A DNA stretch of 64,000 nucleotides from assembly GCF_000150275.1 (NCBI RefSeq), contig NW_002060943.1, positions 8,378,066 through 8,442,065 on the forward strand, written 5' to 3'. This document shows positions 22,914-35,377 of this stretch, piece by piece. Both the position numbers and the translations under genes were made by a program. Each line of letters begins with the position of its first letter. Within the stretch, counting starts at the first letter, position 1. This DNA is from Trichoplax adhaerens (lineage: Eukaryota > Animalia > Placozoa). Below the pieces are notes generated by a model. The model was not told the DNA's origin. It saw nothing but the letters and a program-made list of their open reading frames with translations, and searched no databases.

Positions 22914-25339
22914 TTAATTGTAATCTTGAGGATCATGTAAATCTCGTGATGCTTTGCACAGAATGAAGTTGGTAAATTTTTGAGAAATTTTTATAGCCGT
23001 TCCTGTTGGTATTAACAGAATTGCGAAAGCTACAATAAGTAAAATTGTACCCAAAATTTTGACTTCCGTAAAAGCTAAATTGCGTGTTACTGCATCAATA
23101 ATCGAGTTTAAAGGTATTCCAAAAAGTCCACCAAGGGAAACGAATATCGGATAAGTTACGGCGATTCCAAGTATAAGGAAAAAATTATTTAGTATATTAA
23201 ATGTGATAGTGACCAGTAACGTTCCCCAAGGAATAGTAGACCATAAATTTATATCAACGCCCGTATTGCTTAGTATAATTACTGGTATCCAAGATAAGAA
23301 GAGCGATAATACACCAATAATGGAAATTAGAAATGATACCTGAAGTAGCGGCCTGTCGCCAATTATTAATTTCACGGAAACCTATATAAAGTAGTGATAA
23401 GAAGGCACAACGATTACGCATAACTTGGAACAAGTGTTAGCGTCTTATATCGATATAACTTATTAGACATAATCATGATATAATATGATGTAATTAGATA
23501 TAACCGATACAATTATAGATTGAGTAATTTTTGAAAGTTTGATCTACTTACACGATAGAAGGCGCTTATAATAGAGGAAGCAACAGCCAATATTACACCT
23601 ATAATCGTAATGGTCCCGAAGCCATCAGCAGCTGTAAACAAAACAACACCAATAATAGATAAAATTACAGCTCCAGCCTAAGATCCACAAATGCAAATAT
23701 ACGAGTGTTAATAGTTGTCAGGTAAATTATTTCTAGAATTCATCCTATTATTAAGGCTCCGATCACTTTAGTTAAAACATACGCCTACTAAAAATTTAGA
23801 ATACGTAAAGACGTAGTTAAAAGCGATTGGTGTGTTTATACAACCGATCTTTCTATGAATAAAAAGGTTCTAAAAATTGCTTTAAATTACCCTAAGAAGA
23901 ATAAATTGTTCTTTCAATAGTATGATGGAAAGAATGTAAACAAATCCAGCAGTTGAAGAGAAAATCGCAGTCATATCGGATGGCGCAATGAACTGTAAAG
24001 CGTAAAAATTCGTAATAATGGCACTATCTAGTAATAATGCCAATAAAAGAATTCGCAGGAAAACTGTTCTTATAATTCCATGCTCAGAATAAAGAAGTTT
24101 AGCTTCTCTGTAAAGGCAAACATGAATATAATTTCAGAATTTCATAAACAGTCAATTCTACATCGAAAGTTATTTATATGCTTGCGTAGTTGATAATTTT
24201 AACCTGTAGCACTGTTGGAAATTGTAACCATTAAATAGAATCATTAAGAATGAGACAACTGGAAATATGATAACATATGAAGACATTCCTAACCTTTTAT
24301 TTAAAAATACAAAAGTAAAGTTTCTGTTAGTTGAAAGTGTTTTGTAAAACTGTTGTTTAAAGTCTTAGATTGTTGGCATAAAATACTAACTTACGATATT
24401 ACATATGGTGACAAAGTGGACACAAACACACCGAATGATGCAACTTGTAGTGGTTTGGTCATGCTAACTATGTTATATTAGCCTATTAGCCATGACTGTA
24501 AATGATATATCGGACAACTAGTACATTGCAGCACGTACATTCAATGAAACGATTTCGAAATTATTATCTATCACTATTATGTTAGTTTTCTTGAAGTCAA
24601 TTGCCTGAGCTTCTTACCATGTATAAAATGTTACAGAAGTAAAATTATGTTCGATTGAATATAAATTTTTCCCAAATTGGTTTACCAAGCTAAAGGTAAT
24701 AGCAATGAGTATCACCACGGTAATTCCAACAGTTGCTTCTTTAACTGATAAAGAAATTTTCAGTTGTTGCTTCTCCCGTAATAGGCCATCGTCTACCAGA
24801 CAATCATTACATTTATTACTTATTAATGCAATTTCTATATTGTAAATGATTATTTCTCAATGCATTCAACGGTAATTATGTGTACATCGTAATTAAAATA
24901 AAATATTACTGTAGTTGTTTACTCTCAAGGTTAGTTTTATGAAGAGGACTTACTATTTCTAAGTTCAATAGCAAGATCATAGCTATTCATCGATGGATGG
25001 CGGCCGCTATTTGATTTTGTATGATTCTCTGCAAGTACTAGTAAATTGTTATAGTTAATCAGAAAAGTCATGCAATCTAGTATACACAGCAATAAGGTTT
25101 AATTCTAATTATCACTGAGGTACATGAACGCTATTATTGCTTGTTTTGAGGCGTTTTTAGAACATCTTTCGCATTGAACAGTAGTAAAGACATCTTGATT
25201 TGTTTTGAATAATTTTACTTTTTTCTAATGAATAGAATGATCATTTCTACAATATATCAGACAAGTCAACTAGTTGAAAGAGTGTTGGCGTTTGGAATAT
25301 TCTATCCAAAATACCTGATGATTGCGTTTTCTTTTCCAT
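22914..25339 (-). CDS. SLC35F3/F4-like DMT transporter, copy 5, 7 exons
   Basis: Exons 25339-25315, 25028-24954, 24792-24618, 24293-24204, 24107-23891, 23677-23552, 23381-22914. Splices in frame and ends DLHDPQDYN*. Confidence 0.9.
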
Positions 25340-25893
25340 AATGTTTGTTACAAATAAGTTGTCATCAGAACCATAGTATCGTTGTTAATCATTTTTGGCA
25401 ATAGTAAATATAATTTTTTGGTTGTGGGTTCAGAGCCTACAGTAATAAAATTGAATGAATTTATTGCTGATTTTAAATGATAGCAAGTACATCATCTGAT
25501 GTTGTTGCGGTTTAGCTATAAAATGATTATTTAATCACACGAGTGATAGGACTGAAATACAAATGAAATTATACTATTAGCATTTATCAGTTACCGCTAT
25601 CTTGGTATCAGTAGTGATAATCTGATTGCCAATCTACTGTAGTATACTGTATTGTAGACCAACAACATGCCCTTTACCCTTAGCGAATTGTCGTACAGTG
25701 ACTACTACTACTACTATGGCACTACCTACAGTCTATGGCAACTATGAAAAGAGCGTAAAACAATAACAATCCGTCATAAATTATTGCAGTAAGTTCAAAA
25801 ATAAACTCGATTAATGAATTAATCGTGTATGAAGAAGGATGTAAAGATGAGCACATTTTATTTAATTCGTCGATAACTTGTAGTATAGTACTA

Positions 25894-25911
25894 TTAGGGT
25901 TAGGGTTAGGG
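25894..25911 (+). repeat. Interstitial (TTAGGG)3
   Basis: TTAGGGTTAGGGTTAGGG read directly. A shorter homologue TAGGGTTAGG is at ~16631. Confidence 0.8.
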
Positions 25912-26668
25912 TTTAATCGATCAATGCAATTGGATACTATATCGTAAAAAATGAGAATTCACTGCTTGCCATGTTATAGAAGTGGAAAGTTAGCTGGCAC
26001 TCACTATCGAGCAGTGTGCATTTTCCGACTGTTGGTTGTTTAGTTTAATAATCTAATTCTTGGATAAAAGTTGAGATGGATACGTACTCTACAGCGCATT
26101 GAACAGGCAATATGGTGGTTGTATGTCTGTCAAGTCTTCCCATTTCAGCGCTTCATTTTCTCCACTTGTTTTGCCACTTTTTTTAACATCTAAATATAGC
26201 AGTAAAGTGCTGTCCACCCGGTAGTAAAGGCAACAAGTAGCTAATCCCTCTAGCGATTTCAGCACATCATTTTCTTCAGCTATTTTGCAACATTTTAGAA
26301 CACCCAGCAACAACAGCAAAACGCCAATGACTCCTGGTAGTATAGGCAACCAGTAGCCAGTACCGGTAGCCAGTACCGGTACCAGTACCAGTACCAGTAA
26401 GCAGTTCCTGGCCTGAAGGAGTCTGGTGCGGAAACCAGCGACAACGTGATTGATAGTATAACTTGTCACGTACGCTAATGAACATCTACTCTATTGGCAC
26501 AGCACTACTGTTATGAGCACCACTATTAAAATGAAACGGCAACTAAAATAAATAAATGACCTAAGGTCACGTGTTCACGTCTTCAAATCCATACTAAACA
26601 ATATATTTCAAAGTCATCCATGGGAAGGCATAGTACCACTGTGAAGAGTAATTGGCTTGGAAAAGAAA

Positions 26669-27330
26669 CAAGTCCCAGCCGGCCATTGCTGTAATTAATC
26701 TTGACTTGAAGACAATTTTTGCTCTCCATGTTTGCAGTTTCTTCTTGCAAGAGATACAAGTCCCAGCAGGCCATTGCTGTAATTAATCTGACTTGAAGAC
26801 AATTTTTGCTCTCCTTGCTTGCAGTTTCTTCTTGCAAGAGACACAAGTCCCAGCAGGCCATTGCTGTCATTAATCTGACTTAAAGACAATTTTTGCTCTC
26901 CTTGCTTGCAGTTTCTTCTTGCAAGAGATACAAGTCCCAGCCGGCCATTGCTGTCATTAATCTTGACTTGAAGACAATTTTTGCTCTCCTTGCTTGCAGT
27001 TTCTTCTTGCAAGAGACACAAGTCCCAGCAGGCCATTGCTGTAATTAATCTGACTTGAAGACAATTTTTGCTCTCCTTGCTTGCAGTTTCTTCTTGCAAG
27101 AGATACAAGTCCCAGCAGGCCATTGCTGTAATCAATCTGACTCGAAGACAATTTTTACTCTCCTTGCTTGCAGTTTCTTCTTGCAAGAGACACAAGTCCC
27201 AGCAGGCCATTGCTGTAATCAATCTGACTCGAAGACAATTTTTGCTCTCCTTGCTTGCAGTTTCTTCTTGCAAGAGATACAAGTCCCAGCCGGCCTTTGC
27301 TGTAATCAATCTGACTTGAAGACAATTTTT
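26669..27330. repeat. 87/88-bp minisatellite, ~7.6 copies
   Basis: Unit CAAGTCCCAGC(A/C)GGCCATTGCTGTAATTAATCTGACTTGAAGACAATTTTTGCTCTCCTTGCTTGCAGTTTCTTCTTGCAAGAGA(T/C)A starts at 26669, 26757, 26844, 26931, 27019, 27106, 27193 and 27280. Confidence 0.97.
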
Positions 27331-28722
27331 GTTGGCCGTTCGGTCAAAATTGGGATCGAAGCCTGTGGAAAAGGTAAGTAAAGATCCTCTTCTTTATCAG
27401 GATCAATATGTTCTTTTCCCCTTGATGATGGAGGGAAACAAGCAATGTTTTAACATGGACATTGTGGTGAATAGTTTGCAATGATGGATAGACTAGCGTA
27501 GTACACAATTATTCGATCAGATTGGAAAAACCGTTTAGCTAGGATTTCCCAGTGAAACATCGTATTTTGACTGACCTTTAGCAGATACCATAAGAATAGT
27601 ATTCATGTTGTCTGCTAACTACGACACATACTCCCTTCTTCATCTCGTCGATGATGGCGATCTTGAACATTTGTAGATGATCAATAATTATAATTGTCAT
27701 AATCAGTATTTACAACTACATACTAACGTAAAGCCATACATAGTGGCGTGACAGGGATTGACTCAAGTTTTACTTATCTCTTTTTTCTTCATTATTTACT
27801 TATTTTGGAAAAAAATTAAGAGATAATTTATGATATCATTCATAATGAACTCCGCCTAGTTTTTCGACTTTCCTGCTCAATTCGTCCAAATTTAACAGCA
27901 GCTACTCTAATGTAATTGGATACTTTTCTGTGCTACACAGAACTAAATGATTATTCCACCTCTTGATTTTATTCGACGTAGCTCCACGAACCCTTAATAG
28001 TGATGATAGATGACATCATTTTTAAACTCCATCGATCAAGTCAACTTTATTGTTCTACCTGCTTTCAATTTCGAATAATTTGTTTAAATCTCTATTATAG
28101 TCTTTGATGTACTTTTTTTATGTTCAACTTGATGCATCCTATCCTTTTCAATGGATAAGCAACGCATTCAGTGATGAATATCATTAGATTCCACTTTTAG
28201 TACTCTTCAGATATTTTTGCCTAACTGCAAGAGAGTGTAAATGCATAGCATTAGACATGCCAGTATCACTTCAATTTCATCCCGTTCAGTGGAAAGAAAT
28301 GATTCTATTTGCATCCAAATTCTTTCATTCTCAGAAATTACATTTCTTCTCTACTTTATGGTAATGATGTACTACCATTCGCTGAAATCATTAAAGTACG
28401 GTTACTACACCAGGCGATATTTCAAATGGCTTGTCGTTTGAAATGCTACTTGAGCACACTTTGTACTACTTTAGTGCAGTAACTAACTGCATATGAACTG
28501 TTACTTATAAGCCAAACTTTCGGCTACTCTCCTCATTTGAAGTCACAGGATTAATCATATTGGGCGATACTGTACGATGCAATTATGATTTTCACACTGC
28601 TGTACCCAGAATGCCATAATTTCATCATCCGTATAGTTACCTGCATTTACTTGAAGTCTATAACGAGAATCCGATACCTTCTATCAAACTTGATGATAGG
28701 CGCCAAAATATCACCTGCTTAA

Positions 28723-29030
28723 CCCTCGAGGATACGTGCAAATGGGATCAATGGTACCACAATTTCTCATAAAAGATTATTTATTGAGAAAAATATCCAA
28801 ATTGTAACATTCTTTATGTACTGTAGATATTGTCTATAAATGTTTGTTGTCGCTTATATAACTTCATGGTTGTTTATATGGTGTAAAGATTAGAATCTAG
28901 CGAGTATATCTTCATAGTTTTAACGTCCTCTATTTAAATTATTTGGTCTTTATTTGAGCAATTCAATATTATGGGGTCCATTGGACCCCACTTGCACCTT
29001 AACGTTATATAGAACTTGCACGCATGGCGG
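28723..29030. mobile_element. Degenerate piggyBac-like non-autonomous element
   Basis: Left end TTAA|CCCT. Subterminal GTGCAAATGGGATCAATGGTACCACAAT is inverted with ATTATGGGGTCCATTGGACCCCACTTGCAC (28968-28997), which contains the palindrome GGGGTCCA-T-TGGACCCC. Right end CTTGCACGCATGGCGG|TTCA is a degenerate TTAA. Confidence 0.55.
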
Positions 29031-29942
29031 TTCAGCTGCTACTTTATTAGTATTAAGGATTGCACCTGGGTAATTCTAATCGAGCGTACAACACTATGTA
29101 GTTTAATTCATAGATTAGTTGGAATGTCGATTACTAAAGGAACACCTTCACTAATAGTATGTAAAAAAAGGGATATGTGAAATCAGATAATGAGCCGTAA
29201 ATACTTGATCAGTCTTGCATTGTACTATTTGCGTTTTCGATCAAACTGTGGCATCTAAACCTTCTCGAGCCTCCGCTAATTTCTGTAGGATACGCATAAA
29301 GCCTGTTAACAGACAATCTCGATACCTGCATCGAATACCGTATAAACTTCATTGCCTTGCCCGCTTGATATTAAGTAAAATTAAAGATTACATCTGATAG
29401 TTATAATTTAACAAATGAGTAACAATTAATCTTGTCCAACAACGCAGTCAATAGGAAACTCTGTAATTTTGTCTCAATCTTTACCTTGATAGTTCTCTTA
29501 CATCCGAAATGGCCAGATCTTGAACTTTCTCAATCAAATTACAGATAAAGCTTCCACATCAGATTAACACGCTGTATTAAAATCGAATAAATTGCAACCG
29601 CCTTCAATCAGCGATGAGTGAATTATTTCTCCGTTTCTTGATGTAGCCACATACTATTACATCTAATTAGGCAAAAAATAATAAATTATCCAAGTTAACA
29701 TGATCGGCTTTAATTTTTTACAAGTTCTTACAATACGTAAACTATTTAGAGATCTGTCGATCTGTGTTCTGTTTCACACTGGCGTTTTGACAATTATACA
29801 TATGCTGATAATATAATTAGTAGTATGCTCGCTTTGCCTACACAAAAATATTTTGTGTACAAAGGGTGTTTACCAATTTATTATACTGTGCAGGCTAAAT
29901 CTTATTATTTTCTTACATCGTCCTTCTAGGTTAGTTATAGCA

Positions 29943-32604
29943 ATGGTTCAGTCGGAAGAAGTGGACCGAAATTCCGAAGTAGAGATTAGAAGCAACAAAG
30001 ACTTACCTTCAATTCAAATTGGTAGTAGAAATACATGTTCCTCGAAATATTCGATATGATACAATAATCTAAAGTTAGACTTACAATACTTTTATCTCTG
30101 CTATTTAAATGCCCCCCACTTTTCATTATCTATCTTTTAGTTAATTCGAATCATACTTTCATGTTAAAATAGTTCAGCATATTTATGACTTAGCTTGCAA
30201 TACTTCTTTGTTACTATCGTTTGAGATGTACACAAGTTAATGGATATTATGCAATCAAGGAAGGATTAACCATATCGTGATTCGAACTAATGTCTGTTTT
30301 TACTATTCGTTTAAACAATTGATAGATAAAAATGCTAGCCGTGACGATGTCAACTCCATGAGTAGTTATGAGATGGCTGTGCATGGTGGTATCTCAAATT
30401 TTGATTAATATAATTAACTATAAAGATATACTTGTTTAATTTTAGCTCTTGACTACATTTTATTTGCTTTTATCAATTAATTATAAATAGATAATGTCGA
30501 TTCCAAGTTAACAAACTGTAGTCTATCAACTAAGTTTTTTATCAAATTTATTCACAGACCTGTTATCTTACTAAGTGTATTACTATCACAATCTTACTTT
30601 CACCACAGATGCACTAGGCAAACAAGCTAGCTCAAAGACTTCATTACGAAAAACCCTGTATGGTGTCATAATTGTAATATGTAGTAGCATAAGTGTTTGC
30701 GCAACTACACAGTTTACAAAGGTTTCTTATGACCAGGAAAATTTTACATCTACTGCGTTAGCGAATTGGTAAAGACTTGAACATTACAATTACTCTTTCA
30801 AACCAAAAAAATATCTGCAGTAATATATGTTATTTGAAAGACATCTGTTCCTTATTTCATTACAAACAATACTATTTAACCTTATAATAAATTGATATCT
30901 CGTCTCATTTATAGGTTATCTAGAACTGGATTAACTATAAGTTATCCCGTAATTTCAATGATTTTCTTTTGCTCTGGCCGAAGCCATTATGACACTTTTA
31001 AGTAATTCGATAGTAATATGTAGACCTGAGAAAGGCTCAGTTTAGCTAGATTACAGTATCATAGTTATATTTTAGCGTCTTAACGTTAATAGCTGTAAAA
31101 TTAAGCCAAAAGTGAAAGCAGTAGTATAAAGTCATAGCAATGATCACTTTGGAACTTCTGCATCATATTTATAGTAGTATTGTAATTACGTGTTGCTCTT
31201 AGAGAGGCTGGTCTCATATGCGGTAAAGATGGGTTCACTCTTAAAGGTGCAGCTATCAGAATGTTACCCTTGGCTTTCATAACAGCTGTATCAACGTATA
31301 CCTACTATTACGCTCTGACATTTACCAGTTCTACGGATGTTACAGCGGTTTTTTCCTCTGCCGCGGGTTTTGTCTACATTCTCTCTATAATATGGCTGAA
31401 AGAACCTTTCGTTATTTTTCGGGTAGGAATACGTATAAATATAAGTATAGAATTTAAATTTTCAGCTGTTAATATAAGTTAAAAACTAGGATGTGTGAAG
31501 CTACTGCCAATAGTGCAATTGGAAGTTAGAGTGTGAAAGTTTCGTAGTGCTGCATTTTGCCACTACTCGAATGATGTTTAAATAGACTGTGATGTAGCAT
31601 GTAGTACGTTAATTTAATATGAAGAAGAGATTATTAGATGTTAGGATACAGTGGTATACTTGCTTAGTTTTAACATGTTTTACAATGTTTTACTGCATCA
31701 TTTGAGTTGTAAACTGTTGCTTTATCTTCCAATCTGAATCTTTCTTGACATCAATGTTTATATTAAAACCCTTTTAGTTCTTGGCTGTGATCTTCTCTAT
31801 TGGAGGCGTAGTTTTAATTGCTTATTCCGAGGGGTTAGGATCTTTTGGAGCAATTGGTGTTTTACTAGCTGCAGCAAGTGCATTAATATCTGCTGTTTAC
31901 AGAGTAAGTATGAAAAAGTAAATCTAATATTTGGCATTTTTTACTGCGTTGGGATTGCTTTCATATTCGTAAGGATACATTACAGCGTATCGATTTAACT
32001 GCTAGTTTGATCTACCTTGAGTTGATGTCCATTACGGCATTGTACAGTAAGCATTGATACTAAAGGTGAATTTGATAACTATGAAACAAAACCGTACCGG
32101 ATGGTATCTAATTTATATTACTTGACATACTTTCCTTCTGAATTTGAAACTTTTTCATTGTAGATAGTTGCAAAGAAATATATGGTCCATCCATCGGTAT
32201 CTCAAGCTGCTTTATTTGCGTCCTTACTAGGCATTTATAGTATGTTGGCGCTATGGATTCCCACTGTAATCTTACATGCTGTTGACGTGGAGCCGATAAC
32301 AATTGCAAGCTTTCCTTGGACTTTGCCTTTAATTGTTCTCTTTCATGTTCTGTATAACTTATTTCTTTGTATTGCAATCGCTATTACCTATCCTGTATAT
32401 GCATCATTAGGACCGCTATTGGCTATTCCCTTGAATGCAGCGATTGATGTTGGGTATCGACAGGAAGTCTTTAACACCTACAAAATATTAGGCACCGTAT
32501 TTTTAGTAGTCGGATTTTTAATCCTGACAGTCCCGTTGCCATTGATGTTGACATTTTCCGCTAAAGTTCGTTCATTAATTACATTTAAACCTATTAAAAA
32601 TTAA
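29943..32604 (+). CDS. SLC35F3/F4-like DMT transporter, copy 6, 7 exons
   Basis: Exons 29943-30021, 30326-30388, 30609-30768, 30915-31001, 31203-31422, 31778-31903, 32164-32604. Motifs TTQFTK, STDVTAVFSS, YSEGLG, YPVYASLGPLLAIPLNAAID. Confidence 0.9.
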
Positions 32605-35377
32605 TTCTGAATTAGAATGAGATGAAAGCATTACCACTAGCCTTGATGTTAATACATCGAGCACAAGACCTAAAATTATCTTAATTCAACTTGCAGCGTC
32701 TCTCAGTGCGACTGGATTTCTTAATACTAATATTATTATCCTAATATATTGAGGATTCTATCTCATAAAATAGCATTTGTCCTTTGATTTAAATAAAAGT
32801 ACGTTGCTGCAACATTCTAAATGATCTTATCATATCCCAATAAGCAACTTAGAATTTTTAAACAACTTGTTTCACAAATGTTATAAATTTATCTGCCATT
32901 TATCCCAGAATGTACAAATAAAGAATTGTACGTGTGCGATATCTTTTCGGTAAGACAGTTTAAAATATGTATGTGATGATGAAGGTGATTTTATATATGC
33001 ATGCATGTTTAATTTCTCACCATCTATAGTGATTAACTTCTATACAGTTTCAGTATTGCAATAATACGACTATATCAAGGTTTCTTGTAATAATATCGTT
33101 GCATACATCAACTAATATCGAATTAATTTTAGTTTAATTCGAACTTTTTGAACTCTAACATTTTGATAAGAAATTGCATTTTTCGTTAAAAAATGAATGA
33201 AATGCATAACCAATTAATGATGATATTCCAGACTACTAATAATTTTATTTCATAAAGAGGATAATTATAAGACTTCTAGTAATTTTAACTGAGGATATAC
33301 AGTATTAACGAAGATTTAACAACATTCTATAAGATATCCTGCCTATATAAGTATGCGTGCATATGACGCTGTATTTAGTGTTATAAGTATATCCGAGGAA
33401 CTCCTTAAAGGTTGTTGATTAATATATTCGTATGCTATATAGTGCAGTAGAAGAAATCAGTAGTTGGTAGCATATACTCGATACTATTCAATGCTTCGTA
33501 TTGTTAGGGACCCAGGATTTTTTCTCTTACTCCTTTGCTAATGACTTCTGGTTATTACTCATTCTATGATTCGTAATCGTAATACGATCACGTACTGAAT
33601 AAATTGTCCCCTTATTTGTTTTTCAGGTTTATTCTTATATAAATAAATATTAGCAATGATTTAGTCTTCAATTTAGTACATAGATTACGATTAGTTTGAC
33701 TAGCTACTTGTTGATTTTCTACACCAGTACGGGTGGTACTAATTTATGGTTTTATAACAATATCAACTAATTTATTAATGTCAAAAAGTACTGGGAAATT
33801 ATCAACAGCTGAATCAGTTATTATTCACTTTTATATATCCTATTTTTATAGTAGAGTCGTTCATAATCTTCAATTGCGTACTAGCAAAACAAGAGATAGT
33901 CTGTTATTGAAGTAAACATAGACATACTTTTCTCATGCTATACTTTGTCAAGTATCTGTCAATACAAAGTGTACTAATCTAATGTACGTACTCGTACTAA
34001 ATAATTATAAGAGTAATCATATCTATCACAGCAGTTTGTTCATACCACAGTATTAACTTTGAAACAAGCAAGAAATTAGTAAGAGCTTTTAGTCAATTGA
34101 TATGAAAATGATAGTTAAAGATTGATTCTTAGCAGTCATTAAACATTTTGATACATCAAAATAAGTTTTCTGTTTATAATTAACACTGTATAGGATCGTA
34201 ATAGCTGTGTACTAGCCCCTGTGTGTAAGAGTCAGTCAATCTTTCTACGTAGGTTGAATACATGCTGTCATATCGATTATTTGATTTCATATATAATCAG
34301 AAATTGACGATTAAGGAAACATCAGGATAAAGAATATCGAGTAATCGTGCAGATAACGGCTCGAGTCTCCAACCCTTTCAATCTATATTTAACCGGTACG
34401 TTATCTTACACTTAAATTTTACTCAACTTACCAGCTATATTCCATGGTTCGCTTTTTTTTGATACATGTGCTCTTTAAAATCAATCGCGCTATTCATTGG
34501 GTATTTTCAATATTTCTTTATAGTGATCTTGATTTTATACTTACTGAGGGAAATTTATTTCCACGCTGCATAACATGGTTGATTTTTATCGTTTTAACCA
34601 AGTAGATAAGACGATTTAAACGATTAAAATAGTACTTTTGCTATTTTAGATTTTAATTGCAGGAACAAAATCGCTCAAGTCGATAGTTCGATTAAACCTT
34701 CATTATAACAGTACACTAGTCCATACTGAGATGATTGTTGCTACTATCAAGCATTAAGAATGCTTAGAATCACTTCAATAAAGATTCATTGTTCATAAAA
34801 AATATTGTATATGAAGCTTGATCTGAGCATATTAATGCACTTCTTTATGCTTAACAGTACGCAAATTCTCGACTATTAGTAACTCATTCTCTAGTATTAA
34901 GAAGAAAAAGAGACCTTGTATTGTAGCTCAGTTTATCGAAGATATTTTAGACTTCGAGTACATTCATAAATATACTACGCAATAGTATAAGCAATAGACC
35001 AATGGCCTTGAAGGGAAATAGGAATAATTTTCGTCGGTAAACATTCACTTATTAATTTTTCACTAATAATCAGACATATAAGCCTATTTAATTCCATTCT
35101 GAAATTCAAACTAAGGAATTTCTATTCTACGAGTACATGATGTAGCTTAGGAAATGTTGGTAATTGATAATAGTAATTTAGCTTTTATAATTTAAAGTAA
35201 CTATTGATAAAGAATAAAAGCTAACAAATATGCTGCATTGTCCGTAACAAATAACTTGTTGACTACACGAATATAGAGTAAAACGTCACAAGGTTGATAC
35301 TATCTAAATTACACTTTGTTGAAGCACTGTATTTGGTTGTTAGGCCATAATCGTTCTTGATTCATGTTTCATAGATT

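Noticed and set aside
25894-25911. Relic telomere or chromosome fusion site
   Set aside because: Only three units with no head-to-head arrangement. It lies within a duplicated block whose homologue has fewer units, so simple slippage suffices.
26583-27381. Repetitive ORFs (204 aa and others) over the 87-bp array
   Set aside because: They arise because 87 is a multiple of 3. ORFs occur in several frames on both strands, the 88-bp units frameshift them, and there is no recognisable domain.
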